DNA of 52,779 nt. It comes from Octopus sinensis (taxonomy: Eukaryota). Position numbers and translations under genes: made by a program. The stretch is from the NCBI RefSeq assembly GCF_006345805.1, contig NW_021834447.1, forward strand, positions 1 through 52,779. The letters are read 5' to 3'. Shown here piece after piece: positions 22,015 through 35,286 of the stretch. The notes under the pieces are model-generated. The model was not told where the DNA came from. It saw only the letters and a program-made list of their open reading frames with translations, and ran no database searches. Position 1 is the first letter of the stretch, and every line of letters starts with the position of its first letter.

Positions 22015-24998
22015 CAGCATAAACCTAGCCGTCACTGAACTAGCCACTGAAACAAAAAAAAAGCGATATCACTGAACTAAATGACTTGATATACGCAGCA
22101 GCCACTGCAGCCACAAAAGAAGCTGGATACTCACCCAACCCGCCCAAACAGGAGTACCACCACCCAAACAAACCCTGTGGATAAATAACATCCAAAACAA
22201 AATTTAAAAAATTAGAAAAGACCTGTCGATTCTTAATGAAATCAGCAAACAATCAACGCTACTGAGCAACAAAAAGAGAACAAAAATGCTCCGCAAATAT
22301 AACATCACAGAAAAAGATTTGCCGGAGATAAAAGAAAAGCTGAAGCAAGATATCCTTGCCAAAGCTCAAAGGATCCGCCGGTACGAGAAACGCCAACGCT
22401 TCTTTGAACAGAACAAAAAGTTCAACTCCAACCCCAAAAAGTTCTACCAAGAACTGGAAAAAAATAAAATAGAAGTCACTGCAGCACCAACGGCAGAAGA
22501 GTTGGAAGAATTCTGGAGAGAAATATGGTCGGCGAACGAACAGCCAAAAAAAAGGAGTATCAAAATAACAAACTCGGCATCTGAACAACTTTGGACCTCC
22601 ATAACAACTGAAGAGGTCACCCAGGCACTGCAAAAACTAAGCAACTGGAAGGCACCTGGGCATGACAAGATCCCCAACTTCTGATTGAAATATCTAACAG
22701 GAATGCACAAAAAGCTGGCTGAAAACTTTAACAGCATACTAGCAGAGCCAGAGACAATGCCTGAATGGCTCACGAAGGGGAAAACCATCTTAATTCCCAA
22801 ATCAAATGAAACAGCAAAACCAGAAAACTACAGGCCAATAACCTGCCTCCCTACTATGTTCAAGGCATTTACTGCAGTGATATCGCAAAGGCTGAACAAG
22901 CACCTGGACGAAAACAAACTGTTCCCAGAAGAGCAGAAAGGATGCCGCAAGGGCTCATATGGCTGTAAAGATCAACTAATGATTAATAAAGCCGTAACTG
23001 AAGACAGCCACAGAAAGAAGAAAGGCCTCAGTATGGCCTGGATTGACTACAAAAAGGCGTTTGATAGCATCCCCCACACATGGATCCTCGAAACACTAGC
23101 CATTAACAAAGTAGCACCAACAATCATAAAATTCATAGAGCACTCTATGAATAAATGGCAAACAGTCCTACACCTCCAAACAAAAGAGGGACTCATGAAA
23201 ACCAAAGACATCCCCATTAGAAGAGGAATATTCCAGGGAGACACGCTCTCTCCACTCCTTTTCTGCTTGGCACTGTCACCTCTATCTGATATGCTAAATA
23301 GAACTGGATGCGGATATAAATGTTACGGCAAAAATATCAGCCACCTTTTATATATGGATGACCTAAAACTATACGCTGCAAATGACAAACACTATTAAAG
23401 ACAGTTCATGGATTTACCAAAGAAATAGATATGAAATTTGGATTAGAAAAATGCGCCAAAGTAACCATGAAAAGAGGAAAACTAGTTAAGAGTAACAACA
23501 TCACACTAGATAAAACCAATGAAATAAAAGAATTAGACCAAAGCCAAACTTACAAATACTTAGGAATCCATGAACTAGATAAGACACAACACACACAAAT
23601 GAAAGAGAAAATAAAAAAAGAATATTATAGACGAGTTAGATCGATACTAAAAACAGAGCTCAATGCTAAAAACAAGATAATAGGTATCAACACTTTAGCT
23701 GTCCCAGTTATAAGTTACAGCTACAATATCCTTAACTGGACACGAAATGAACTGTCCAAAATAGATAGGAAAACAAGAAAAATACTAACAGGATCTAGGA
23801 TGCATCACCCAAAATCTGACATAGAAAGACTATATATACAACGTATAGAAGGTGGTAGAGGCCTTATACAGCTGGAAAACTACTATAAAATAACCACCAT
23901 AGGACTGCAAAAATACCTACTTCAGAAGGAAGGAAAACTGATCCAGATAGCAGCAAAACACGAGCAAAACAAAAAACTGTTCTCAGTATTTAAGGAAGCT
24001 GACAAATACAAACAAGAAATCATACCACCTAATAAACACGAAGAAGAAGAAGAAGATGATGAAGAAACAACAAAAGCTATAAAACAAATGAAATCCAAAC
24101 TAAAAATAGAACAGCAACGAACCATGATAAAACGATGGCAAGAAAAGCCCCTTCATGGTAAATACTGCACTAAACTAAACGCAAAAGAAATAGACAAAGA
24201 AAGATCCCAGCAATGGTTGAGAAGCTCAGGACTCAAAGCAGAACAGAGGGATTTTTAATTGCAGCACAAGACCAAAGCCTCCCCACCAGAAATTACCAAA
24301 AACATGTAATGAAAAGAAATATTACAAGTAACTGCAGAATATGTGGAGATGGACAAGAAACAATAAATCATATTATCTCTAGCTGCCCAGTCCTGGCTAC
24401 GAAGGAATATATTCACAGACATGACAGAGTTGGAACCTACATATATTGGAAGCTATGCCAACATTATGGAATAACAACAGAAAAAAGATGGTATAGGCAC
24501 ACACCAGAAAAGGTCACAGAAAACAAGAAGGCAACCATACTCTGGGATATGCCGATACACACAGATAGAGAAATTAAGGCCAACAGACCAGATATAGTTG
24601 TCAGAGATCATGAAGAAAAAAAAATGCTTTCTAATTGATGTAACAATACCGGCAGATGACAACGTGTCTCTAAAAGAAATGGAGAAACTCTCAAAATACA
24701 AAGACCTGGAAATAGAGGTAACTAGAATGTGAAATCTGAAAACAGAAACAATTCCTATCATAGTAGGTGCATTAGGCATGATAAAAAAATATTCAGACAA
24801 ATACATAACAAAAACACCAGGACTTACAAACACATATAACATACAGAAAATTGCACTACTAGGCACTGCACACATCCTACGCAGAACACTTTCCATACAA
24901 TACCCATCAGCAACAACACAACAAATCACAGCACATACCCAAGGCACACAGAGCTGCGCTCGGTAGTGAAGTGAAAGCACGCTATAAAAATAAAACTA

Positions 24999-25001
<3 letters not shown>
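22015..25001 (+). mobile_element. 5'-truncated R4/Dong-like non-LTR retrotransposon (inactivated ORF)
   Basis: RT: WKAPGHD, YRPITCLPT, AWIDYKKAFDS, GIFQGDTLSP, LLYMDDLK. CRICG..H..C and RHD motifs; RPDIV/IDV nuclease. Stops at PNF*LK (22682) and TRM*N, frameshifts at ~23390, ~24245 and ~24620. (AAT)n on both sides. Confidence 0.9.
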
Positions 25002-25053
<52 letters not shown>

Positions 25054-25103
25054 GTAATTATTATTATTACTATTATTATTATTATTATTATCATTTTTAT
25101 TAA

Positions 25104-25143
<40 letters not shown>

Positions 25144-25153
25144 ATTATTATTA

Positions 25154-25214
<61 letters not shown>

Positions 25215-25227
25215 CATTATTGTTATT
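25002..25227. repeat. (AAT)n/(TTA)n strand-switch microsatellite
   Basis: Seen directly; reverse complement of 26023-26232, including interruptions. Confidence 0.9.
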
Positions 25228-25424
25228 GGAAATTTTTTCCGGCTAAACTTTTCACTCACTTCTTCACAGTAAATTTACGTCATTTAATGCAATCGTTAAC
25301 GTGATATTCCCTTCAGTTTCATATAAAAGAAAAGATTAGGTAGGGTTATGTATCTAATTGCATCACACACACAGACACACACACACACTCACAATCGTAT
25401 ACATCAACCCTCCTCATCTTCTTT

Positions 25425-25455
<31 letters not shown>

Positions 25456-25572
25456 GTCTATCACTCCCTATCCCCCCTCTAATTTTAACTTTTCCACTTC
25501 CACCGCCAATCATCATAAACTGCTGACTGAAACTTTTCAAACTGAAAGTATATAATGAGAAATACAGATGCC
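25228..25572 (-). repeat. Repeat X, inverted copy
   Basis: Reverse complement of 5464-5782 and 25699-26022. Confidence 0.85.
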
Positions 25573-25597
25573 ATATATATTATATACATATATATAT

Positions 25598-25683
<86 letters not shown>

Positions 25684-25698
25684 CATATATATATATAT

Positions 25699-26022
25699 GG
25701 CATCTGTATTTCTAATTATATAATTTCGATTTGAAAAGTTTCAGTCAGCAGTTTATGATGATTGGCGGTGGAAGTGGAATAGTTAAAATGAGAGTGGGGA
25801 GAGGGGCTGATAGACCTGTGAGAGAGAGGGGAAAGAAGATGAGGTGGGTTGATGTGTACTATTGCGAGTGTGTGTCTGTGTGTGTGATGCAATTAGATAC
25901 ATAACCCTACCTAAACTTTTCTTTCATATGAAACTGGAGGGAATATCACATTAACGATTGCATTAAATGACATAATTTTACTGTGAAGAAGTGAGTGAAA
26001 AGTTTAGCCGGAAAAAATTTCC
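25699..26022 (+). repeat. Repeat X, direct copy, head-to-head with the inverted copy across (TA)n 25573-25698
   Basis: Direct sequence match. Confidence 0.85.
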
Positions 26023-26035
26023 AATAACAATAATG

Positions 26036-26078
<43 letters not shown>

Positions 26079-26174
26079 TAATAATAATAATAATATTAAT
26101 AATAATAATAATATAATAATATTAATAAAAATGATAATAATAATAATAATAATAATAGTAATAATAATAATTAC

Positions 26175-26232
<58 letters not shown>

Positions 26233-26235
<3 letters not shown>

Positions 26236-26771
26236 TAGTTTTTTTTTATAGCGTGCTTTCACTTCACTACCGAGCGCAGCTCTGTGTGCCTTGGGTATGT
26301 GCTGTGATTTGTTGTGATGCTCTGACGGTTATTGTATGGAAAGTGTTCTGCGTAGGATGTGTGCAGTGCCTAGTAGTGCAATTTTCTGTATGTTATATGT
26401 GTTTGTAAGTCCTGGTGTTTTTTATGTATTTGTCTGAATATTTGTTTATCATACCTAATGCGCCTACTATGATAGGAATTGTTTCTGTTTTTAGATTCCA
26501 CATTCTGGTTACCTCTATTTCCAGGTCTTTGTATTTTGAAAGTTTCTCCATTTCTTTTAGAGACACGTTGTCATCTGCCGGTATTGATACATCAATTAGA
26601 AAGCATTTTTTTTCTTCATGATCTTTGACAACTATATCTGGTCTGTTGGTCTTAATTTCTCTATCTGTGTGTTTCGGCATATCCTAGAGTATGGTTGCTT
26701 TGTCGTTTTCTGTGACCTTTTCTGGTGTGTGCCTATACCATCTTTTTTCTGTTATTCCATAATGTTCGCAT
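26233..26771 (-). mobile_element. Short 3' Dong-like fragment, inverted paralog of 21255-21796
   Basis: ORF 26393-26680 (RPDIVVKDHEEKKCFLIDVSIP). Same truncation junction and upstream flank as 21255. Confidence 0.88.
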
Positions 26772-26833
26772 TACTTTATGTATATGTGTAAATCTTTATG
26801 TATATATGTGTGTATATTTGTGCTTGTGTGTTT

Positions 26834-27292
26834 AATAATAATAATAATAATAATAATGAAATGATTGTATAGAGTGCTCAGGTTCACCACAACCTGTCAG
26901 AGTATATGCAGTAATGTACAAATGTCTGGAAAGCGGACAATGTATGAATCAGATACATGCTTATGTGTGTATGGAGGGGAGAAGATCAGGTGTAGTGTTG
27001 GCGAATCTCTCAGGAAGCATGGAAATTTTGAAGGATGTAGTGCTCCGACAACTAACAACTGATGCCGGCAGTTTGTTCCATGCTTCAGCGTGTATATGGA
27101 GGGGAGAAGATCAGGTGTAGTGTTGGCGAATCTCAGGAAGCATGGAAGTGTTCAAGGATGCAGTGCTCCAACAACTAACAACTGATGCCGGCAGTTTGTT
27201 TGTTCCATGTTTCAGCGTGTGTATGGAGGGGAGAAGATAAGGTGTAGTTTTGGCGAAACTCAGGAAGCATGGAAGTTTTGAAGGATGCAGTG
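26834..27292 (-). mobile_element. CR1-like LINE 3' end, with ~2.6 tandem copies of a ~126-bp unit (26964-27292)
   Basis: The minus frame AEAWNKLPASVVSC..FK..LPEIRQHYT* resembles a CR1 ORF2 C-terminus; (ATT)n tail. Units start at ~26964, ~27090 and ~27217. Confidence 0.7.
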
Positions 27293-28108
27293 CAATATGG
27301 GTTTTCGCGAGGAATACTCACTGAGAGAGAGAATTCGCCGGAGAAACCTAATATCCGAACTAAAGATGAGAAAACAGATGGGAGAGAAGGGTTTACGCAT
27401 CCAAGATGGACAAATAATCAAGTCCTACCTCTGGTCGCATGCTGTAGTGCTGATAGGGAAAGTGAATTGAGGGCAAATCGAAGTGAAGTAGATACCCCCG
27501 TCAACGATGCTATCTCTGATACCCCTTATTCTGATTGTTCCCCAACTCCCGCCCCTCAAACTTCACAGCTCAGCATCGTCTATACCAACTCGTACTCCTT
27601 ATTTCCAAAGTTCATCGAACTATTTACACTGGCCATACGTGACTCCCCTGATGTGATAGCTATCACCGAGACTTGGCTGACTCCAGCAGTTAAGGACTCA
27701 GAAATCCACCTACAGGGCTACGTCCTCTTCAGATGTGACAGAGAAAAAAGGCGAGGTGGAGGTGTTTTTGTGTATGTTAAATCTGATCACAAACCGTCCA
27801 GCGGTATTCTACCCGCTAATGCTCAACCTACAACAAAATTCGATGCCGTCTATTGCAAGCTGAGCCTATCCGAGTTTTGCCTGCCCGTGTTAGCTGTCTA
27901 CGGGCCGCCTCTTGCCGACCCCAGGACGATGCTGGGTCATTCCGAAAAGCTCTACCTGCGACGATTTCATCTCAATCGAAGGAGAGGAGCTTTCTCCGTC
28001 CGGGTTGCGGATCCGTGGAACAAGCTGCCAGACGAGATGGTGAAGATGCCGACGACCGCTTTGTTCAAAGCCTCCCTTGACCTCAAGTGGCCTGAACTCT
28101 TTACATGA
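27269..28108 (+). CDS. 279-aa in-frame fusion ORF of the deleted CR1
   Basis: Uninterrupted ORF in the track. Its first codons come from the adjacent CR1 tandem unit; expression unknown. Confidence 0.45.
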   Translation: MEVLKDAVQYGFSRGILTERENSPEKPNIRTKDEKTDGREGFTHPRWTNNQVLPLVACCSADRESELRANRSEVDTPVNDAISDTPYSDCSPTPAPQTSQLSIVYTNSYSLFPKFIELFTLAIRDSPDVIAITETWLTPAVKDSEIHLQGYVLFRCDREKRRGGGVFVYVKSDHKPSSGILPANAQPTTKFDAVYCKLSLSEFCLPVLAVYGPPLADPRTMLGHSEKLYLRRFHLNRRRGAFSVRVADPWNKLPDEMVKMPTTALFKASLDLKWPELFT

Positions 28109-28188
28109 ACACCACCCTGTACTTAACTCCATGTCCCCCTACATGGCCTTGCTATTTGCTTTTGAGCCAAATTAACTAACTAACTAAC
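27293..28188 (+). mobile_element. Internally deleted CR1-like LINE (ORF1 end, half endonuclease, ORF2 C-terminus; no RT)
   Basis: ORF1-like FREEYSLRERIRRRNLISELK. APE motifs YTNSYSL, DVIAITETWL, GYVLFRCDR..RGGGV, AVYGPP, fused to GHSEKL..FSVRVADPWNKLP..FKASLD. (AACT)n tail. Confidence 0.85.
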
Positions 28189-28424
28189 ATTATCATTATT
28201 ATTATTATTTTTATTATCATTATTATTTTTAATATTGTTATTATTATTATTATCATTATTATTATTGTTGTTGTTATCATTATTATTATTAATATCATCG
28301 TCATTATCATTATTATTATTATTATTATCATTACTTTTATTTTTATTATTATCATTATAATTATCATTATCATTATCATTATCATCATCATTATCATATA
28401 TTTATTAATAATATTATTATTACT

Positions 28425-28455
<31 letters not shown>

Positions 28456-28571
28456 TTATTATTATTATTATTAATATTATTGTTGTTCTTATTATTATTA
28501 ATATTATTATTATTATAATTATCATTATCATTATCATTATCATCATCATTATCATTATCTTTATTAATATT

Positions 28572-28605
<34 letters not shown>

Positions 28606-28608
28606 ATA

Positions 28609-28657
<49 letters not shown>

Positions 28658-28823
28658 TATTATTATTACTATATCATTATTATTATTATTACTATTATTA
28701 TCATTATCATTATCATCATTATCATTATCTTTATTAATATTATTATTATTATTATTATTATTACTATTATTATTATTGTTGTTTTTATTTTCATTATTAT
28801 TATTATTATTATTATTGTTATCA

Positions 28824-28913
<90 letters not shown>

Positions 28914-29552
28914 CATGACTATTATTATTACTATTATTATTATTATCATTATCATTATCATCATTATCATTATCTTTATTATTATTATTATTATTATTAC
29001 TATTATTATTATTAATATTATTATTATCATTAATAATAGTATTATTATTATTCTTGTTATTGTTATTGTTGTTGTTGTTGTTGTCATAATTATTATTATT
29101 ATTATTATTTATCATATTAAATTATTTATATTATTATTATTAATATTTTATTATTAATATTATATTATTATTTAAATAATATTACTATTATTATTATTAT
29201 TTTTATTATTATTATTAGTATTCTTATTATTATCATTATCATTATTATTATATTATTATTATTTAATTAATATTATTATTAATTATCATTATCATTAACA
29301 TTATCGTTATCATTATTATTATTATATTATTATTATTATTATTAATATTATAATTATTATTGTTATTATTGTTATTATTATTATAATTATTATCATGATC
29401 ATTAGCATTATCATTATTATTATTATTATCCTCATTATTATTATTAATATTATAATTATTATTATTATTGTTATTATTATTATTATTATTATTATCATGA
29501 TCATTAGCATTATCATTATCATTATTATTATCATTATTATTATTATTATTTC

Positions 29553-29592
<40 letters not shown>

Positions 29593-29699
29593 ATTATTAT
29601 TATTATTTTTATTATTATATATTATATTATATGTTGTTGTTTTTGTTGTTGTTGTTACTATTATTAATATTACAATAATAATGATAATAATAATAATAA
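28189..29699. repeat. ~1.5-kb degenerate (ATT)n microsatellite spanning the A/B boundary
   Basis: Seen directly; contains internal higher-order duplications. Confidence 0.95.
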
Positions 29700-30019
29700 A
29701 TCGACCCCAGGACTTATTCTTTGGAAGCCTAGTACTTATTCTATCTGTCTCTTTTGCCAAACCACTAAGTTACGGGGACATAAACACACCAGCATTGGTC
29801 GTCAAGCGATGTTGGGGTTGACAAGCACAAACACACGCACACATACACATATGTGTGATGGGCTTCTTTCAGTTTCTGTCTACCAAATCCACTCATAAGG
29901 CTTTGGTCGCCCCAAGGCAATAGTAGAAGACACTTACCCAATGTGCCACGCAGTGGGACTGAACCCAGAACCATGTGGTTGGTAAGCAAGCTACTTACCA
30001 CACAGCCACTCCTACACCT
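29698..30019 (-). mobile_element. SINE, copy B of 670-991
   Basis: Offset 29028. Confidence 0.8.
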
Positions 30020-30030
30020 GTAGTGTGTGA

Positions 30031-30149
30031 CACTTACAGCACCTATGTTTCTCAAGCGGTCACCTATCTAAGTACTAACTAGGCTCGACATTACTTAACT
30101 TCGGTGATTGCACAAGAACCGGTGCTTTCAACGTGATATGGTAATGAAA
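30031..30149 (-). pseudogene. Degenerate 5S rRNA, copy B
   Basis: Matches 1003-1121. Confidence 0.85.
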
Positions 30150-30517
30150 ATCTGTTTTTGTTTGAAATTATTGAAAAAAACTACCCAATAAAACACATTA
30201 ACTATTCAACTTCTGTAATAAGCAATATGTTCCATAGAAATGAGAAGAGAAAAATCAAATAAAGTTCTATTGAAATTATTGAACATTGAAACTAGAATAT
30301 CAGAAATACTTAATATCTTAAAATTTTGGTCTTTCTTCCCCCCCTCCCTCCTTTGAATATGCTAATTGAAGCTACTGATCTGATCCATTGAAGATGTAAA
30401 TGTTAGAGAATTCTGAATTATTATCTGAAATTATTAATATTTGCAAATATTTGGTATATATATCTTCTTGTTATACATACATAAGTACACCCCCTATCAC
30501 ACACATGTAATTTATAC

Positions 30518-30548
<31 letters not shown>

Positions 30549-32023
30549 TACATTATAATGCACACACACACACAAAATACTATCATCATTTTGCATCTGT
30601 TTTCCATGCATAGGTAGGATGGTTTAGTGGGATTCAGTGAGGCAGAGAACTATATCTTTGCTCAAATAACTCATTTTTGGCATGGTTCCTATGAATTGAT
30701 GCCCTTCCTAACTCCCGGCTGTAGAAACCATACCCAAACTGTGACCTTGGTGCAAAGAGGATGGTCCTCCAACTCACTATACATAATACATACACACCAG
30801 TACCGGTGGTACGTAAGAGAACCATCTGAACGTGGCTGTTGCCAGCGCTGCCCCAATGGCCTCGTGCCGGTGGCACGTAAAAAGCACCATCCGATCGTGG
30901 CCGTTGCCAGCCTCGCCTGGCCCCTGTGCTGGTGGCACGTAAAAAGCACCACCCATTCGTGGCCGTTTGCCAGCCTCGTCTGGTACGTAAAAAGCAACCA
31001 TTACACTCACGGAGTGGTTGGCGTTTGGAGGAGCGTCCAGCTGTAGAAACATTGCCAGATCAGATTGGCTTCCCAGACCCCAGTTGAACCGTCCAACCCA
31101 TGCTAGCGTGGAAGGCGGACGCTAAACGATGATGATGATGATGATATTTATAAATACACATTCACACACACATATATATACACTTATGTATCACCATCAT
31201 CATCATTTGGTGTCCCCTTTTCCGTGCTAGTGTATGTTGGACCGTTTGACAAGAACAGACAAGCCAGAGAGCTGCGCCAGGTTCTGTGTCTGCTTTGGCA
31301 TGATTTCTACGGCTGGATGCCCCTCCATAACGCCAACCATTTCAGAAAGTGTAATGGATGCTTATTACATGCCACTAATACCATTGATGTTACCAAGTAC
31401 CTATAAGGCAAAACAAAAGTGGGAGTATATAATGGAGGAATAAGAAACTAGGATAGAAGGTCAGGAGTAGGTATCTTGCTGAAGAGGTGAATGTATAGCT
31501 TGCCCACCTAGAAAGAGAGGAAGCGAAAGAAATCAAAGTACAAGGTGAATATGAGAGACAGATATGTATATATTCACATATTTTGTCTGCTACTAGTACT
31601 TATGTTAAAAAGCACAGAAGTATCAATAACAGATGAAAAGTCTCCAGCACTGGTGATGGAATTGCTAGATCGCATGATCTCTGCTTATTTGAGTATCCAC
31701 TATCAACTGCATGCTTAGACAAATTTCTTCTTTGCTTGATACATTAAAAAAAAACAGTGATTAATCAGTCACCAGTGTTGCAAATAGCTGGTGTGTTGGG
31801 TAAAAATTCATTAATGGAAGCTGTATAAATATCATATATATACATATTTATATGCATGTATCTATCTGTCTATATGGATATCTATGTATATATGCAGGTA
31901 GATTTGGATATATATATATATATATATATATAGGGAAAGTTTACGAAAAAAAACAAAAGACGAAGACAGGTGGTGTACAAAACAAACAGATGTATTAGTA
32001 TAGCGCTCAGGAATAGAAAAAGT

Positions 32024-32060
32024 CTTTTACGTTTCGAGCTTACGCTCTTCTACAGAAAGG
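32024..32060 (-). ncRNA. Variant minimal hammerhead-like motif, copy B
   Basis: Identical to 2997-3033. Confidence 0.55.
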
Positions 32061-32125
32061 TACACAGAAAAAACAAGGAGAGAAGCATGAGAGAGAGAGA
32101 GATAGGATGGGGGAGAGAAATATGG

Positions 32126-32168
<43 letters not shown>

Positions 32169-32728
32169 AAGGTATGTGTCCTAGTAGATAGGGTTTGTAC
32201 TGACAATCGCAAGATAGTGGCTTCAATTTCCAGACTGGTGGTACACTGTGTTCTTGAGCAGAACAATTCATTTCACATTGCTCCCGTCCCTGCAATGGTC
32301 TGGCGTTCCATTCAATGGGAGTGTTGGTCTTCCTACCTAACCAGTGAGGTAGCATCATTAGAAAGCTGCAATTCAGGGAAGTGCATTGTGATCAGCAGTT
32401 TTTAACTACATCTGATGGTCTGGTTGATATACACACACAATATATTGGAATAAGGATTTCAAAATCAGGGCAAATACTTTATAAGCACTATGTCAGTTAG
32501 TCAATTTGAAGTTTGCTTTGAAGAATTTCACATAAAATTACAGAGTATATTAAAAAGTCACAAAGAAGAATGAATAATTACACATCTTTAATTGATAGTT
32601 TACAACATATAAAATGCCAACACATTTCTGTTACACAAGTGTTTTGGAATCCTTGGATATGATGGTTTAGCACACTTATCAATTCACATTAAAGTGATTT
32701 TCGTACCATATAGCTCCAAGGCTGTACA

Positions 32729-32797
32729 CCAGCATAACTTTTGCAAGGCACTCCAACTTAAGGGAAATTGCAGAGCACCTTGTAAAAATTATGCTGG
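32729..32797 (-). other. Stem-loop, copy B
   Basis: Identical to 3700-3768. Confidence 0.4.
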
Positions 32798-33452
32798 CAA
32801 ACACCTTTGGATCTGTACATTTGATTTAATATGAATCAGTTAGTGTGCAGAACCATCACATCTGAGGATCCTGAGATGCTTGCATAACGGAAACAAGAAT
32901 TGGTATTTTATATTTTGTAAGCCATTCTTTTTGTCCCTTATATATATATACGAGCAAAACACACCCCGGTCCAATAGACGGTGCTGAGTTGTCAAACATT
33001 TAAACCAAATTTTCTCAAAACAACTAGTCCAACTGTCCCACAGGCCTCCCCTTTGAGAAACACTGATTTAACCTAAATTTGAGACACCAGCAAAAGACGG
33101 ATTTCGACTGATGTACTTGCGCATACAAATTCACGTTCCCACGGCATTATCGATTGCATTCTCACCTGGAATTGATTTTTGTAATTTTTTCAAGACTTAT
33201 ACACACCTTGATACCGTCGGTATCTACATATCAAATTTGAGTGCAATCGGATGGAGGATGCCCGAGATCCTAGAAGACAGACACAGACAGACAGAATGGA
33301 TTTTATATAATAGATGTGTGTGTGTGTGTAATATGGATATCATGGGTAGATTATCCACCAACAGAGGATAAATTATTTAGTTATTCGAAATGTATACCTC
33401 AACACCTATGTTTGTACTTCTTCACCAGGGGAAGAATTTACATTCACTAGTA

Positions 33453-33486
<34 letters not shown>

Positions 33487-33813
33487 TGTGTGTGTGTGTG
33501 TGTGTGGATGAATGGATGGACAAACAGACAGATACATAATGTGGCTGTATATGTACATGTACACACACAATGGCTTCTGTACAGTTTCCTCTTGACAATC
33601 TCACCCAAAAAGCATAAGCTGGCCCAAAGATATAGTAGAAGACACTTGCCTGAGGTACCATGCACTAGAATAGAACCCAAAATCTAGTGGTTATAAATTG
33701 AACTCTGAATCCAAACAGATATACCTCTAACACCGTATAATCGACTTAATCCGTTTGTCTGTCCTTTTTTGTCTTTTCTGTGTTTAGCTCCTTGTGGGTA
33801 GTAAAGAAACAGG

Positions 33814-34349
33814 ATACAGTAGACATGGACAGTGGGGATTTCACGCAGAGACAACGACTACACAGTTAAAAGAATAACAATGATATCCGACAAAATAATA
33901 TAACAATGAAAGTTCGTAATAGGTGCAGGTAATCCCCTGGAGTTGGCTCAGGTACCCACACCCCAATCCTGAACCACTCGACGCTTCGACGGCATCTGGG
34001 AAGAGCACTCTCCTCCCTCTCAAATTCACTAGCCCACAGGCGCGTTATTAGAGTAGGTCCACTCACACGTACCATTTTCGCTATTCATCCACCTTTTGGC
34101 AAATGTACTGAGAGGCAGCACTTTATTCTACACCCTCATCTTCCTTTCCTCTGCCTTTAGTCCTTTTAACCTGGTCCACAATACAGCCTCTTTCGCTACT
34201 GCTATTAGACAGAAGTAAATTGCCTGACCTTCCGGACTGATGGAAAGCGGCTGATCGATCTTCACTACGGACTCGGCCGATAGATAGAACCGACTTCTCT
34301 TGGGTAAGCTTTGCTCTATCACCGCTTTGTGAACAGTATTATGATGACG
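33814..34349 (-). mobile_element. Tx1-like 3' fragment, copy B
   Basis: Matches 4800-5335. Confidence 0.75.
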
Positions 34350-34387
34350 TATTCCGTGTTAGCTGATACGAATATTTAACATCCTAA

Positions 34388-34424
<37 letters not shown>

Positions 34425-34429
<5 letters not shown>

Positions 34430-34745
34430 CTGTATTTCTCATTATATACTTTCGGTTTGAAAAGTTTCAGTCAGCAGTTTATGATGATTGGCGGTGGAAG
34501 TGGAAGAGTTAAAATTAGAGGGGGGATAGGGAGTGATAGACGAGAGAGAGAGAGGGGAAAGAAGATGAGGTGGGTTGATGTGTACGATTGTGAGTGTGTG
34601 TGTGTGTGTCTGTGTGTGTGATGCAATTAGATACATAACCCTACCTAAGCTTTTCTTTAATATGAAACTGAAGGGAATATCACGTTAACGATTGCATTAA
34701 ATGACGTGAAGAAGTGAGTGAAAAGTTTAGCCTGAAAAAATTTCC
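34425..34745 (+). repeat. Repeat X, copy B
   Basis: Matches 5464-5782. Confidence 0.8.
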
Positions 34746-34756
34746 AATAATAATAA

Positions 34757-34790
<34 letters not shown>

Positions 34791-34805
34791 GTAATAATAA
34801 TAACA

Positions 34806-34871
<66 letters not shown>

Positions 34872-34929
34872 ATTATTTTCGTTGTTGTTATTATTATCAT
34901 TATTATGATTATTATTATTATTATTATTA

Positions 34930-34993
<64 letters not shown>

Positions 34994-35177
34994 TTGCCAT
35001 TAGGGCCGGCATATAGGAGAAGATACAGTAGACAAGGCGGTGAGAGCTGGCAGAATCTTCAGTACCTCGGGCGAAATGCTTCGCGGTATTTCTTCTGCCG
35101 TTACGAGGCCCATCAAAGCTGTAATGTAAAACAAGAGTCAACCTGACAATCGACAAGTGAACACATTCCAAATAGCT

Positions 35178-35224
<47 letters not shown>

Positions 35225-35247
35225 CTGTGAATGCAATATGTATGTAA

Positions 35248-35286
<39 letters not shown>

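Noticed and set aside
22682-22684. In-frame TGA at a conserved Trp (PNF*LK), shared by both Dong copies
   Set aside because: A simple TGG-to-TGA mutation. The element also has real frameshifts, so recoding is not needed to explain it.
26964-27292. Regularly spaced repeats considered as a CRISPR-like array
   Set aside because: Contiguous ~126-bp LINE-derived units with no unique spacers, in eukaryotic context.
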